Assembly (NCBI GenBank): GCA_049455215.1
Contig: JBMTZC010000024.1
Span: 1-21,147 of the forward strand
Source: Prochlorotrichaceae cyanobacterium
GTDB lineage: Bacteria > Cyanobacteriota > Cyanobacteriia > Prochlorotrichales > Prochlorotrichaceae
Direction: 5' to 3'
Length of the DNA stretch: 21,147 bases
Shown here: piece after piece, positions 13,498-21,147 of the stretch
How positions within the stretch are numbered: position 1 is the first letter of the stretch
How the letters are laid out: every line of letters starts with the position of its first letter
The notes under the pieces: generated by a model
The model's database searches: none
Seen by the model: the letters and a program-made list of their open reading frames with translations, nothing else
Told to the model about the DNA's origin: nothing
Translations under genes and position numbers: made by a program

Positions 13498-16457
13498 GGC
13501 TCAAATCCCAATGCGATCGGACGAGATTGCTCAAGCATTCGTTCGCCGTAGTTTAGCAGAATTGTCAAAACACTCAAGCGATGTCGCCAGGTTCGGACTT
13601 GATAGCGGTTGGTGATTTCGTACCAGCGCAACCAATTTTCAAGCCCAGCCTGAAATTTTTCTAATTCCACCGTAGCACGCTCCACCGTTTGCGGTGAGGG
13701 GGATCGGGCTGCCTCGGCTAAGGCTTGTTCCAAGCGATTGCGGGCCACCTCAAAGGCGGTTTGATCCGCTTCCGACAACGCTAAGTTTCCTTGGCTGGCT
13801 AACCACGTCCATTCCTGTTGGAGGGCTGCATAGCGCAGGACTGCAGCCTGTAAGGGTTGGCGATGGGGAAGGACGTTTTCTTGATCGAGATTGGGGCGAA
13901 AGCGCGTTTGTAGATCGGAGCTAAATTGATCCGTGGCAAAGAGGACATAGCCTGCCGTTGCATGATCCCGCAGAAACTGCACTTGATCCAACACGAGGGA
14001 CGAATGGGGTAAAGACAGCAAGTGAATTCCCCCTAAGATTAAGGTTCCGCCCAGATCCTCCGGGATGAACCAGGGTTCGGTGAGTTGGGCAAAGCGGTTG
14101 GTATCCTTGGCATAGGCCATCAGACAGACAAAATCCACATCCCCTCGCCTTGCCCAGGCTTCCCAGTTTTGTTGCAATTTGGCCAAACGCTCATGGGTGG
14201 GAAAGGCGAATACATCTACAGATAACTTCTTCTCGGGATGGTAACGGCGCAGATTTTCCCCCACTTCCGCCACAAAGGTATCGATTTGTTCAATGCGGAA
14301 GTTTTGCCAGGTTTCCCAGAGGGGATGGCGAGGGTTTAAGGTCAGGGGATCGACTCCCGTGCGTTGTTTGAAGTGGGCTCGTCCAGCGGTGCCATAGCCA
14401 AAGGTGGTGCCCCCCGCAATGTCCTGAAAGGGGTAGCGAATGTAGTCTAGCTGAATGCCATCCACATCATACCGATCGCTAATTTCCGCAATGATGGAAT
14501 GGAGATACTGGCGCACGCCGGGATGGGCAGGATCAAAAAACGGTTTGCCTGCAGACCAGATACCGCCCCGATTATCCCGATTGATCCAATCGGGATGCTG
14601 ACTTAAGACCGGCCCCAAATAATTTTCGGGCTGTCCAAGCAGGCGGTTATGGGCCTGGTTCCCGGCAGCAAACGCCCAGATCCAGGCATGAAGTTCCATC
14701 TGGCGATCGTGGGCTAATTCCACCGCCGCCGCTAAGGGATCCCAACCCACGGTGAGGGGATTTTGAGCAGGGGCTACGGTGCTGGGATACACGGGATACC
14801 CCGCGTTCAAGGTTTCAAAAAAGACAACATTAATCCCCGCCGCCGCCAAGCGATCAAATAGGGGTTTTAGACCCTCGGGAGAACCCGCCTTAACGATCGT
14901 GCCCCGATCTAGCCAGACCGCACGAATTTCTGGCTGCACCGGCTGACTATCGGGGTAGCGTTGCAAAAGGGTATCTCGGGCATTAATCCACTCCTGCCGG
15001 GCCAGGGCATAATCTTGATCCGCCACCAGCTTGGGAAAGCGCTTGAGGATCTTTTCCGTTTCCTGGATCAGGGAAGGGGGAGGCGCAACGGCCAGAGGAG
15101 CAGCGGCTGCGCAGTTGCCCTGGGGGTCAGCACAATTCAAGGCCACGTTAATCGCGGAGGAGTGCAAATCCAGCCTCGATCGCAAATTCAAATCCGTTAG
15201 GGACTTATTGAAGAGGGCTGTATTGACGGTCTCCGCCACCTGCAAGGAGAGATTGGCACTGCTAAACCGTCCCAAGAGATGGGACAGTTCCTTACGCATG
15301 GCCACCGCTTCCAGAAAAACAATGGGATCATCCCCCGCCCGCACATATAAACCGGGTGGTGCCGCTTCTTGGGTGGGATCAAACAAAATAGGAGCCGGGG
15401 CATTCTCCGGAACAGTTGGAAGCGGAACCGCTCGGGGGGGCTGAGGCGTGGGCCGAGGGGGAACGGCGGTGCGGTTGGGAGCAGCGGTGACGGCAGGAGG
15501 CGCAGATGGGGGCGGTTGCACTTGAGGCACAGCGGGAAAATTATGAAACCGTTCTAAACTTGCCGCTAACCACGCTTGATCAATGTTTTCCGTTTCTTGC
15601 TGCTCTCCCCAACTCCAGCCCAAAAAGACTAAACGATCGTTGGCCACCACTGCGGCTTCTTGGGTACTTTGCCAGGTCACTAAAACTTGACTTTCCGGAC
15701 GGGTGGGCACCAGAATACCGCCCCCTAAAGCGGGAAAACTCGTATCTCGGGGCACCCAGGGCTGAGTGGATTGAATGCGGGGCAATTGGGGACGATCGGT
15801 ATAGGTTTCCCAGTACACCCCCAAGGTACGCCTCAGGCTTTGGCGCACCGACTGAGAGGATTCCGTGGCGATCGGCCCACTGAGGAGTAACCGCCCCCCC
15901 CGCTGCAACCAATTTTCTAAACCGATGCTTTCCGCCTCAGAGATTTGGGCCGCATTGACCAAGAACAAAAAACTATAGCGATTGAGGGTAGAGGCATCCG
16001 TCAGGGTATTCAGGGGCAATAACCGGAAGGGAATTCCTGTTTTTTCTAACTGTTCCCGCAGCGCCTGCTGCACTTGGGAGGGACGCTGACCCGCATTTGC
16101 CCACTGGGGATTTTCGCTGTACAGCACCCCCAGCACCGCCTGTTCCGATCGCCGCTGGGCGAGATCGATCGAGTCAGGCAATCGCCCGGCTTCCGCCATC
16201 AGTACGTCTTGCCTTGAAGACTGATGGGCACTGGCAGAGCCTCGATTCCCAGAGAGATCATTCCCAGCACCATTTACAGAAGCAAGCGAAGTCGCCGCTC
16301 CCAAACTACTACTCAGGATTAAGCTAAGGGTGGCGATCGTCTTTGTCCGTAGACAAAGCCTAGGGAAACGGGGGCTGCGGGCCCTACCTGTTCCAAGATC
16401 GGGGCCGAGTCCTACAGATCTATTTTCTCCGCTATTTTCCCAAGGTGTCCCCGGCAC
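13494..16457 (-). CDS. Large secreted or envelope protein containing a GHL10 (glycoside-hydrolase-like family 10; DigH/YddW/YngK-type) domain. N-terminal domain, Pro-rich linker, GHL10 domain, C-terminal domain.
   Basis: 987-aa ORF beginning at GTG, so the true start is uncertain. Hydrophobic signal-like segment TIATLSLILSSSLGAATSLA. Pro-rich linker (PQVQPPPSAPPAVTAAPNRTAVPPRPTPQPPRAVPLPTVP). GHL10-like core (GINVVFFETLNAGYPVYPS...ELHAWIWAF...GIWSAGKPFFDPAHPGVRQYL...YDVDGIQLDYIRYP). Confidence 0.7.
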   Translation of the reverse strand: MPGTPWENSGENRSVGLGPDLGTGRARSPRFPRLCLRTKTIATLSLILSSSLGAATSLASVNGAGNDLSGNRGSASAHQSSRQDVLMAEAGRLPDSIDLAQRRSEQAVLGVLYSENPQWANAGQRPSQVQQALREQLEKTGIPFRLLPLNTLTDASTLNRYSFLFLVNAAQISEAESIGLENWLQRGGRLLLSGPIATESSQSVRQSLRRTLGVYWETYTDRPQLPRIQSTQPWVPRDTSFPALGGGILVPTRPESQVLVTWQSTQEAAVVANDRLVFLGWSWGEQQETENIDQAWLAASLERFHNFPAVPQVQPPPSAPPAVTAAPNRTAVPPRPTPQPPRAVPLPTVPENAPAPILFDPTQEAAPPGLYVRAGDDPIVFLEAVAMRKELSHLLGRFSSANLSLQVAETVNTALFNKSLTDLNLRSRLDLHSSAINVALNCADPQGNCAAAAPLAVAPPPSLIQETEKILKRFPKLVADQDYALARQEWINARDTLLQRYPDSQPVQPEIRAVWLDRGTIVKAGSPEGLKPLFDRLAAAGINVVFFETLNAGYPVYPSTVAPAQNPLTVGWDPLAAAVELAHDRQMELHAWIWAFAAGNQAHNRLLGQPENYLGPVLSQHPDWINRDNRGGIWSAGKPFFDPAHPGVRQYLHSIIAEISDRYDVDGIQLDYIRYPFQDIAGGTTFGYGTAGRAHFKQRTGVDPLTLNPRHPLWETWQNFRIEQIDTFVAEVGENLRRYHPEKKLSVDVFAFPTHERLAKLQQNWEAWARRGDVDFVCLMAYAKDTNRFAQLTEPWFIPEDLGGTLILGGIHLLSLPHSSLVLDQVQFLRDHATAGYVLFATDQFSSDLQTRFRPNLDQENVLPHRQPLQAAVLRYAALQQEWTWLASQGNLALSEADQTAFEVARNRLEQALAEAARSPSPQTVERATVELEKFQAGLENWLRWYEITNRYQVRTWRHRLSVLTILLNYGERMLEQSRPIALGFEP

Positions 16458-16609
16458 AACTCGTACTCCCCTGTCGCCTAAGATTTAATTCCATCAAATC
16501 TTACTGCCTCTCAATCCCCTTGCCCTGAAACTTTTGCAAATTTACGATTGTATTTCCTGTATTTCCTATGTTTTAGCAAATCTCTTCCGGTTCCCGCCTC
16601 TCCTGACTC

Positions 16610-17512
16610 TTGGCTCACACTATGACCTCCGTCTCTCCCCTGCGGCAATCTCTGCTTAAATTTTTTGAAAAACAACCGAAAAGAGTTGTGGCGGGACTGG
16701 TCTTCCTGATGATTCCCCTCATTAGCCTCATTGACTATTTTTTACTGCCCCAATTAACCTTTTCCCTGTTTTATTTGGGGCCTATTAGTCTTGCCACTTG
16801 GTTTGTCAGCAAGCGGATGGGAACGATCGCTGCGGTGTTCAGTGCCTTAGCCTGGCTCAAGGTCGATCTCGATACCATCACGTTCCTCTATCCTGCCATC
16901 CCTTATTGCAATATGGGGCTGAGGTTAGGGGTGTTTCTGACGGTGGTCTGGTTGATGGATGTTCAAAAGCTTGCCTACGAGAGAGAACGGAAATGGGCTC
17001 GCATGGATGGCTTAACGGGAATTTACAACTGTCGCGCCTTTCTTGACTTGGCTGGCGTGGAAATCCATCGCGCCCACCGGTATCAATATCCCTTAACCAT
17101 CGCCTATTTGGATGTGGATGATTTTAAGCAGGTCAATGACCAATGGGGCCACAGCATGGGCGATCGGCTTCTCCAAAAAATTGCGACGACCTTACAACGA
17201 TCGATCCGCCAGGGGGACATTGTGGCGCGTTTAGGGGGAGACGAATTTGCTCTGCTCTTGCCCCACACCAATGATGAGAGTGCCCAAAAACTGCTGCCTA
17301 GGCTCCAGCAATACTTACTGGACATCAACGACACAGAGCCGTGGTCTGTGGGGTTTAGCATTGGCGCTGTCACCTTTCTAGAGAGCCCAGAGTCCGTGGA
17401 GCATCTCATCGCTCAAGCCGATCGGCTCATGTACACCGTTAAGCAAACCAGTAAAAATCGCCTTGAACATCAAGTCATCCCGAAGAAATCGGAAATAGGG
17501 CACTTCGATTAA
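16610..17512 (+). CDS. Small membrane-bound diguanylate cyclase. N-terminal 4-5 TM region plus a GGDEF domain.
   Basis: 300-aa ORF. The track start is TTG at 16610, with an alternative ATG at 16622 (MTSVSP). Hydrophobic N-terminal third, then a GGDEF domain with an intact RLGGDEFALLL active site and GIYNCRAF / DVDDFKQVND motifs. Confidence 0.8.
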   Translation: MAHTMTSVSPLRQSLLKFFEKQPKRVVAGLVFLMIPLISLIDYFLLPQLTFSLFYLGPISLATWFVSKRMGTIAAVFSALAWLKVDLDTITFLYPAIPYCNMGLRLGVFLTVVWLMDVQKLAYERERKWARMDGLTGIYNCRAFLDLAGVEIHRAHRYQYPLTIAYLDVDDFKQVNDQWGHSMGDRLLQKIATTLQRSIRQGDIVARLGGDEFALLLPHTNDESAQKLLPRLQQYLLDINDTEPWSVGFSIGAVTFLESPESVEHLIAQADRLMYTVKQTSKNRLEHQVIPKKSEIGHFD

Positions 17513-17601
17513 TGAATCGCCCGCCACAATCCCTACCACAATTCCTCTGTGTTCCAGGGTGGGTACTAGATTTCATAGATGACGGGAATGGATGACGTAC
17601 C

Positions 17602-19116
17602 CTAGCTTTGTAAAGCTTCAAAGGTCTCTAAAAACGGGAAGAGACGATCGCTGATCGCTTTAACCCCGCCCACCACATTAGACTCAATATTTAAAGGCAA
17701 AACTGGATCGTGGAGAGAGAGCCGCAGGAGAAACCACCCCTTTTCCTCCGGGGCAGCACAAATCACCCGCACTCCTTCGTAGTTCTGGGGCGCGATCGTC
17801 CAGTCCGCTTGTTCCTCCACAAAGCTTTTCAGGGCTTCAATAACCTGATTGCCATAGGCTTGAAACTCTGGCGTTGTAATTTTGAGGCGAATTTCTTGGC
17901 TTTCCTGGGGTTCCTGGAGGGGCGCAATCAAATCCGTTAAACTCTGCCCCGATCGCTGGGCTTTGGCTAATTCCACTAAGAGTTTACTGACCAGATAGGC
18001 TCCATCATCGAGGAAATAATTTTCCCGCATGGCCCCATGACCAGAAGTTTCGATCGCTAACCACGATTCTTCACCGCTTGCATTGAGCCGAATCGATTCA
18101 TTAATGACATTTTTGTAGCCGCGCTTAAAACGATGATGCTTGCCCCCTAAGGTGCCTTCAATAAAGCTGGTTAACCCGTCGGAGGTAATGGAGTCCGTGA
18201 CGATCGTTGAACCGGGATGCTCCTGCAGGACGATCGCGGCAATGAGGGCAATTAAGCGATTCCGGTTTAATTCCTGCCCCCGATGATCCACTGCCGCAGA
18301 GCGATCGACATCCGTATCAAAAATGATGCCAAAATCCGCCTGCTGGGTGATCACCGCCTGACAAATGGAAGCCATGGCTTCCCCATCTTCAGGGTTGGGA
18401 ACGTGGTTGGGGAACCGTCCATCCGGCTCCAAAAACTGGCTCCCGGTAGTATCTGCCCCCAAAGGCTCTAAGACTTTACTGGCAAAAAAGCCCCCCGCTC
18501 CATTGCCGGCATCGACAATAATTTTTAAACCCTTTAAGGGCTGCAAAGGATGGTCGGGGTGCTGCACCTGGGTGCGGATGTGTTGGACTAACTGATCGGC
18601 ATAGACGGAAATAAAATCCTGGGCTTCGATCGCTCCCGCCGTCGCCGCCAGGGGAATGTCCCCCTGCTCCGCTAAGGTCAAAATCTCCGTAATATCCCCT
18701 TTGCCTAAGCCCCCCTGAGCGGTGAAAAACTTCAGCCCATTGCGATTAAAGGGCAGATGGCTAGCGGTTAACATAATGCCCGCATCGCAATCCACGTCAG
18801 GGGTTACGGTGCTCATAAACATCGCCGGGGTTGAAGCCATACCAAAGTCATAGACCGTCGCGACCAAGCTGGCCAGACCCGTCATCACTGCATCCATTAA
18901 CTGCGGCCCCGATAACCGACTATCTCGCCCCACACTGACCCGCAGTTGGTCACCCGACTTGCCCAAACGATCGATTAACCAGAAGGCAAAGGCTTGCCCC
19001 AACCGCTGCACAACCTCGGGAGTCAAGTTAACGGGTTCATCTACCACCCCCTCAAGGGCAACACCACGGATATCTGACCCATTTTGAAGTTTCTTCCAGT
19101 TAAATGCTTGCGTCAT
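17602..19116 (-). CDS. Alpha-D-phosphohexomutase family protein (phosphoglucomutase/phosphomannomutase-like).
   Basis: Four-domain phosphohexomutase layout. Phosphoserine loop GIMLTASHLPFNRNG, metal-binding loop IIFDTDVDRSAAVD, sugar loop ETSGHGAMREN. I placed the start at the ATG at 19116 (MTQAFNWKKLQNGSDIRG), because the track ORF begins at an upstream TTG at 19191 and adds a non-conserved basic extension. Confidence 0.8.
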   Translation of the reverse strand: MTQAFNWKKLQNGSDIRGVALEGVVDEPVNLTPEVVQRLGQAFAFWLIDRLGKSGDQLRVSVGRDSRLSGPQLMDAVMTGLASLVATVYDFGMASTPAMFMSTVTPDVDCDAGIMLTASHLPFNRNGLKFFTAQGGLGKGDITEILTLAEQGDIPLAATAGAIEAQDFISVYADQLVQHIRTQVQHPDHPLQPLKGLKIIVDAGNGAGGFFASKVLEPLGADTTGSQFLEPDGRFPNHVPNPEDGEAMASICQAVITQQADFGIIFDTDVDRSAAVDHRGQELNRNRLIALIAAIVLQEHPGSTIVTDSITSDGLTSFIEGTLGGKHHRFKRGYKNVINESIRLNASGEESWLAIETSGHGAMRENYFLDDGAYLVSKLLVELAKAQRSGQSLTDLIAPLQEPQESQEIRLKITTPEFQAYGNQVIEALKSFVEEQADWTIAPQNYEGVRVICAAPEEKGWFLLRLSLHDPVLPLNIESNVVGGVKAISDRLFPFLETFEALQS

Positions 19117-19204
19117 GGCGCTGGGCGGAGAGAATGAACGACAGTCCCTACGGTAATACCTCCCTTCCGCAACCCGGCAGATCTTCAGCAATGACTTAAG
19201 CTTT

Positions 19205-20236
19205 ATGTTAAAAAGGGCAATAGAGACAACTCGCTACACCCCTCCCATGCCCTATTTTCGTATTCCCCCCGCTTGGTCTTTGCCGGAGTCCCACGCCACT
19301 GCGGAAAGCGCTTACTTTACCCGTCGCCAGGTGCTCAAAGGCTTACTCGGAATCAGCACGGCGATCGTCACGCCCACCTTAGTCAGTTGCGAAGCCAAAG
19401 CCGATCGATCCGATCCCCTACAAAGCTCTATCGATCGTCCCCCCCTGCGGAACTATCGCCCCAATCCGACCTTTGCGGAACTCGATCGTCCCCTCACGGA
19501 TCCCTTACTGGCAGGACAATACAACAATTTTTATGAATTTGGGGGCACCAAATCAATCTGGCAAGCCGCCCAAGCCCTCCCCCTCGATCCCTGGACAGTA
19601 GAAGTCGGTGGGTTAGTCAATAATCCCAAAACCTATGACTTAGATGACCTGAAACGATCGTTTGACCTAGAAGAACGGCTCTATCGCTTTCGTTGTGTCG
19701 AGGCTTGGTCAATGGCCTTACCGTGGCTTGGCTTTCCCATGCGCCAGCTTGTGGCAGCCGTAGATCCGAAGCCCCAGGCAAAGTTTGTTCGCTTTACCTC
19801 CTTTTACGATCCTGAAGTGACTCCTGGTCCTGGCTTCTTTGCGGGCTTTTACCCCTGGCCCTACACCGAAGCCCTCACCTTAGAGGAAATGAACAACGAA
19901 CTCGCCTTTTTTGCCGTTGGCATCTATGGTCGGCTTCTGCCCAAACAACATGGTGCGCCCCTGCGGGCGGTCTTGCCCTGGAAGTATGGTTTTAAGGGAG
20001 CAAAATCGATCGTGAAAATTGAGTTTACCAGTAGCCAACCCGCCACCTTTTGGAATACGGTACAGCCTCGGGAATATGCCTTCGAGTCCAACGTAGACCC
20101 TAGTGTTCCCCATCCTCGCTGGTCTCAGGCAGAGGAGCGCTTTATCAGTGAAGGGCCAAATCTAACCTGGACGATGCGCCCCACCCTGCCCTACAACGGC
20201 TACGGTGAGTTTGTCGCAGATTTATATCAGGGCTAG
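19205..20236 (+). CDS. msrP: Protein-methionine-sulfoxide reductase catalytic subunit MsrP (YedY-type molybdopterin oxidoreductase), Tat-exported.
   Basis: Tat motif TRRQVLKGLLG. Near-collinear match to the E. coli MsrP pattern: YNNFYEFG, DPWT, ERLYRFRCVEAWSMALPWLGFP, GAPLRAVLPWKYGFKGAKSIVKIEF, HPRWSQAEERFI, NGYGEFVADLYQG. Confidence 0.88.
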   Translation: MLKRAIETTRYTPPMPYFRIPPAWSLPESHATAESAYFTRRQVLKGLLGISTAIVTPTLVSCEAKADRSDPLQSSIDRPPLRNYRPNPTFAELDRPLTDPLLAGQYNNFYEFGGTKSIWQAAQALPLDPWTVEVGGLVNNPKTYDLDDLKRSFDLEERLYRFRCVEAWSMALPWLGFPMRQLVAAVDPKPQAKFVRFTSFYDPEVTPGPGFFAGFYPWPYTEALTLEEMNNELAFFAVGIYGRLLPKQHGAPLRAVLPWKYGFKGAKSIVKIEFTSSQPATFWNTVQPREYAFESNVDPSVPHPRWSQAEERFISEGPNLTWTMRPTLPYNGYGEFVADLYQG

Positions 20237-20346
20237 GGGCAAGTTTAGCAATTCAGAGACAGGAACAAGAGAGAACTCATGCCATTTCAAGGTCAATCAA
20301 GCAGATGTAATTTTCAGAGGCTACTTCAATGTTTCTTATTGGCATC

Positions 20347-20694
20347 CTAACTATTTAGATTCTCTAAAATCACTTTAATTTCTGGCAAAATATCAGGCAA
20401 ATTAATACAGATAACATTCCAGAGAATATCTAAATCTAGTTCATCGTAATCATGAATCACGACATCTCTTAAACCAGCCATTTACCTCCAGGGGATCGTA
20501 GGATATTGCTCACGAAATTCATTAGATAGACGCTTAGTTGCTTCTCCGATAATAATTAGTTGATATAGAATAGCGGCTTGTTTTTCATCTTCTTCTTGAA
20601 ACTGATAACGCTCAACTCCTTGGGCATATCGCAAGATTTTTTGTATGGCAATAGAAATATCCATTAATGATTGTTTATTTCGCAGCATAGACAA
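20347..20694 (-). pseudogene. hepT: HepT-like HEPN toxin gene interrupted by an in-frame TAA (20482-20484) immediately before the catalytic Rx4HxY motif. The N-terminal 70 codons (20485-20694) and a C-terminal 44-codon remainder (20347-20481) are in the same frame.
   Basis: Translating past the TAA in the same frame gives MAGLRDVVIHDYDELDLDILWNVI..., which contains R-x4-H-x-Y. The upstream part ends ...QYPTIPWR, matching the conserved HepT IPWR-x-I/M-x-G/M-R-N/D context. An ATG directly abuts the stop (TAAATG). Confidence 0.6.
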
Positions 20695-21013
20695 TCTCCG
20701 CTGACTCTAAAATTGATTGGCAACGGAGGGTATTATGACTATTCAGAATACTTTGACGAGTCAATAAATCAACTGGGCGTTTCAATATGGTTGCTAATTC
20801 TTCTCGCATTTGAATGAACTCTAAGCCCCAAGAATGATGCGGAACAAAGCTAACTAATATATCCACATCACTATTAGCCGAAAAGTCATCTCGCAAGACG
20901 GAGCCGAAGAGGGCGAGTTCAGTCACTTGCCACCGCCCACAAAATTCAGCAAGTTGTTCTGGAGTAATGCCCAGTCGGGATCTAAGTCTAGAATTGAGTT
21001 GTAGTGTAGGCAT
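20675..21013 (-). CDS. mntA: Nucleotidyltransferase-fold antitoxin (MntA-like) of a HepT/MNT type VII toxin-antitoxin pair.
   Basis: 112-aa ORF with the minimal NTase motif GSVLRDDFSANSDVDILV. A strong GGAGG RBS lies 9 nt upstream. The 3' end overlaps the HepT-like ORF by 20 nt, the classical MNT-HepT arrangement. Confidence 0.8.
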   Translation of the reverse strand: MPTLQLNSRLRSRLGITPEQLAEFCGRWQVTELALFGSVLRDDFSANSDVDILVSFVPHHSWGLEFIQMREELATILKRPVDLLTRQSILNSHNTLRCQSILESAEIVYAAK

Positions 21014-21061
21014 CAGTCATGACCTCCATTATCTCTACTCATATGGCTACCAACTTAAGGC

Positions 21062-21094
21062 GGAAGAGTGCGGCGCGGAGCACCGCACTCTTCC
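21062..21094. promoter_or_regulatory. Perfect 12-bp inverted repeat, GGAAGAGTGCGG-(9 nt)-CCGCACTCTTCC, about 50 bp upstream of the mntA start. Candidate operator or hairpin.
   Basis: Exact reverse-complement arms at 21062-21073 and 21083-21094. Followed on the plus strand by ATTAAATTTTCCCGCTTT, which is moderately T-rich. Confidence 0.4.
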
Positions 21095-21147
21095 ATTAAA
21101 TTTTCCCGCTTTCAGTGGAAAGCCACCCATCTTATGCTTAATATCGT

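Noticed and set aside
15031-15557. Gly/Arg-rich plus-strand ORFs (137 aa and 62 aa) antisense to the GHL10 gene.
   Set aside because: They are reverse-complement artefacts of the proline-rich (CCN) linker-coding region.
1-21147. Search for CRISPR arrays, tRNA or rRNA genes, and transposase or integrase genes.
   Set aside because: There are no regularly spaced direct repeats, no cloverleaf-like conserved tRNA segments and no transposase- or recombinase-like ORFs. The only repeats are the 85-nt pair and short tandem motifs reported above.

Overview
This 21.1-kb window looks like a cyanobacterial chromosomal segment, judging from its roughly 55% GC content and the very high density of GATCG / GCGATCGC (HIP1-like) motifs. 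It is densely coding, with 17 protein-coding loci, short intergenic gaps and several overlapping or closely spaced gene pairs. I found no rRNA, tRNA or CRISPR array.

Reading left to right, the genes are:
- a flotillin (SPFH) gene with a YqiJ/NfeD-like membrane partner, on the minus strand;
- a formylglycine-generating-enzyme (FGE/SUMF1)-domain protein, convergent with a class I SAM-dependent methyltransferase;
- accD;
- a large membrane sensor diguanylate cyclase (dCache-like domain, PAS, GGDEF), closely followed by a patatin-like phospholipase carrying a Tat-type signal and by a thioredoxin-like [2Fe-2S] ferredoxin;
- a Uma2-family endonuclease;
- hisC;
- a translationally coupled (ATGA overlap) minus-strand pair: a 987-aa GHL10 (DigH/YddW-like glycoside-hydrolase-like) protein with a proline-rich linker, and a 661-aa membrane-anchored helical-repeat protein;
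- a second, small membrane GGDEF protein;
- an alpha-D-phosphohexomutase;
- msrP;
- a low-GC MntA/HepT (nucleotidyltransferase/HEPN) toxin-antitoxin island at the right edge, in which the HepT toxin is cut by an in-frame TAA immediately before its Rx4HxY motif.

The most notable non-coding signal is an 85-nt element present in two copies (22-105 and 4338-4421). The copies are about 87% identical overall and 94% identical over a 65-nt core. One lies 3' of the flotillin gene and the other in the divergent methyltransferase/accD promoter region. In both copies the AGGGGC segment has a GCCCCT pairing partner.

I did not recognise any complete known defence system. The candidates I would look at first are the repeat element, the GGDEF-patatin-ferredoxin cluster, the GHL10/repeat-protein operon and the split HepT. 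All functional calls rest on my reading of motifs in the translated ORFs; no searches were run.
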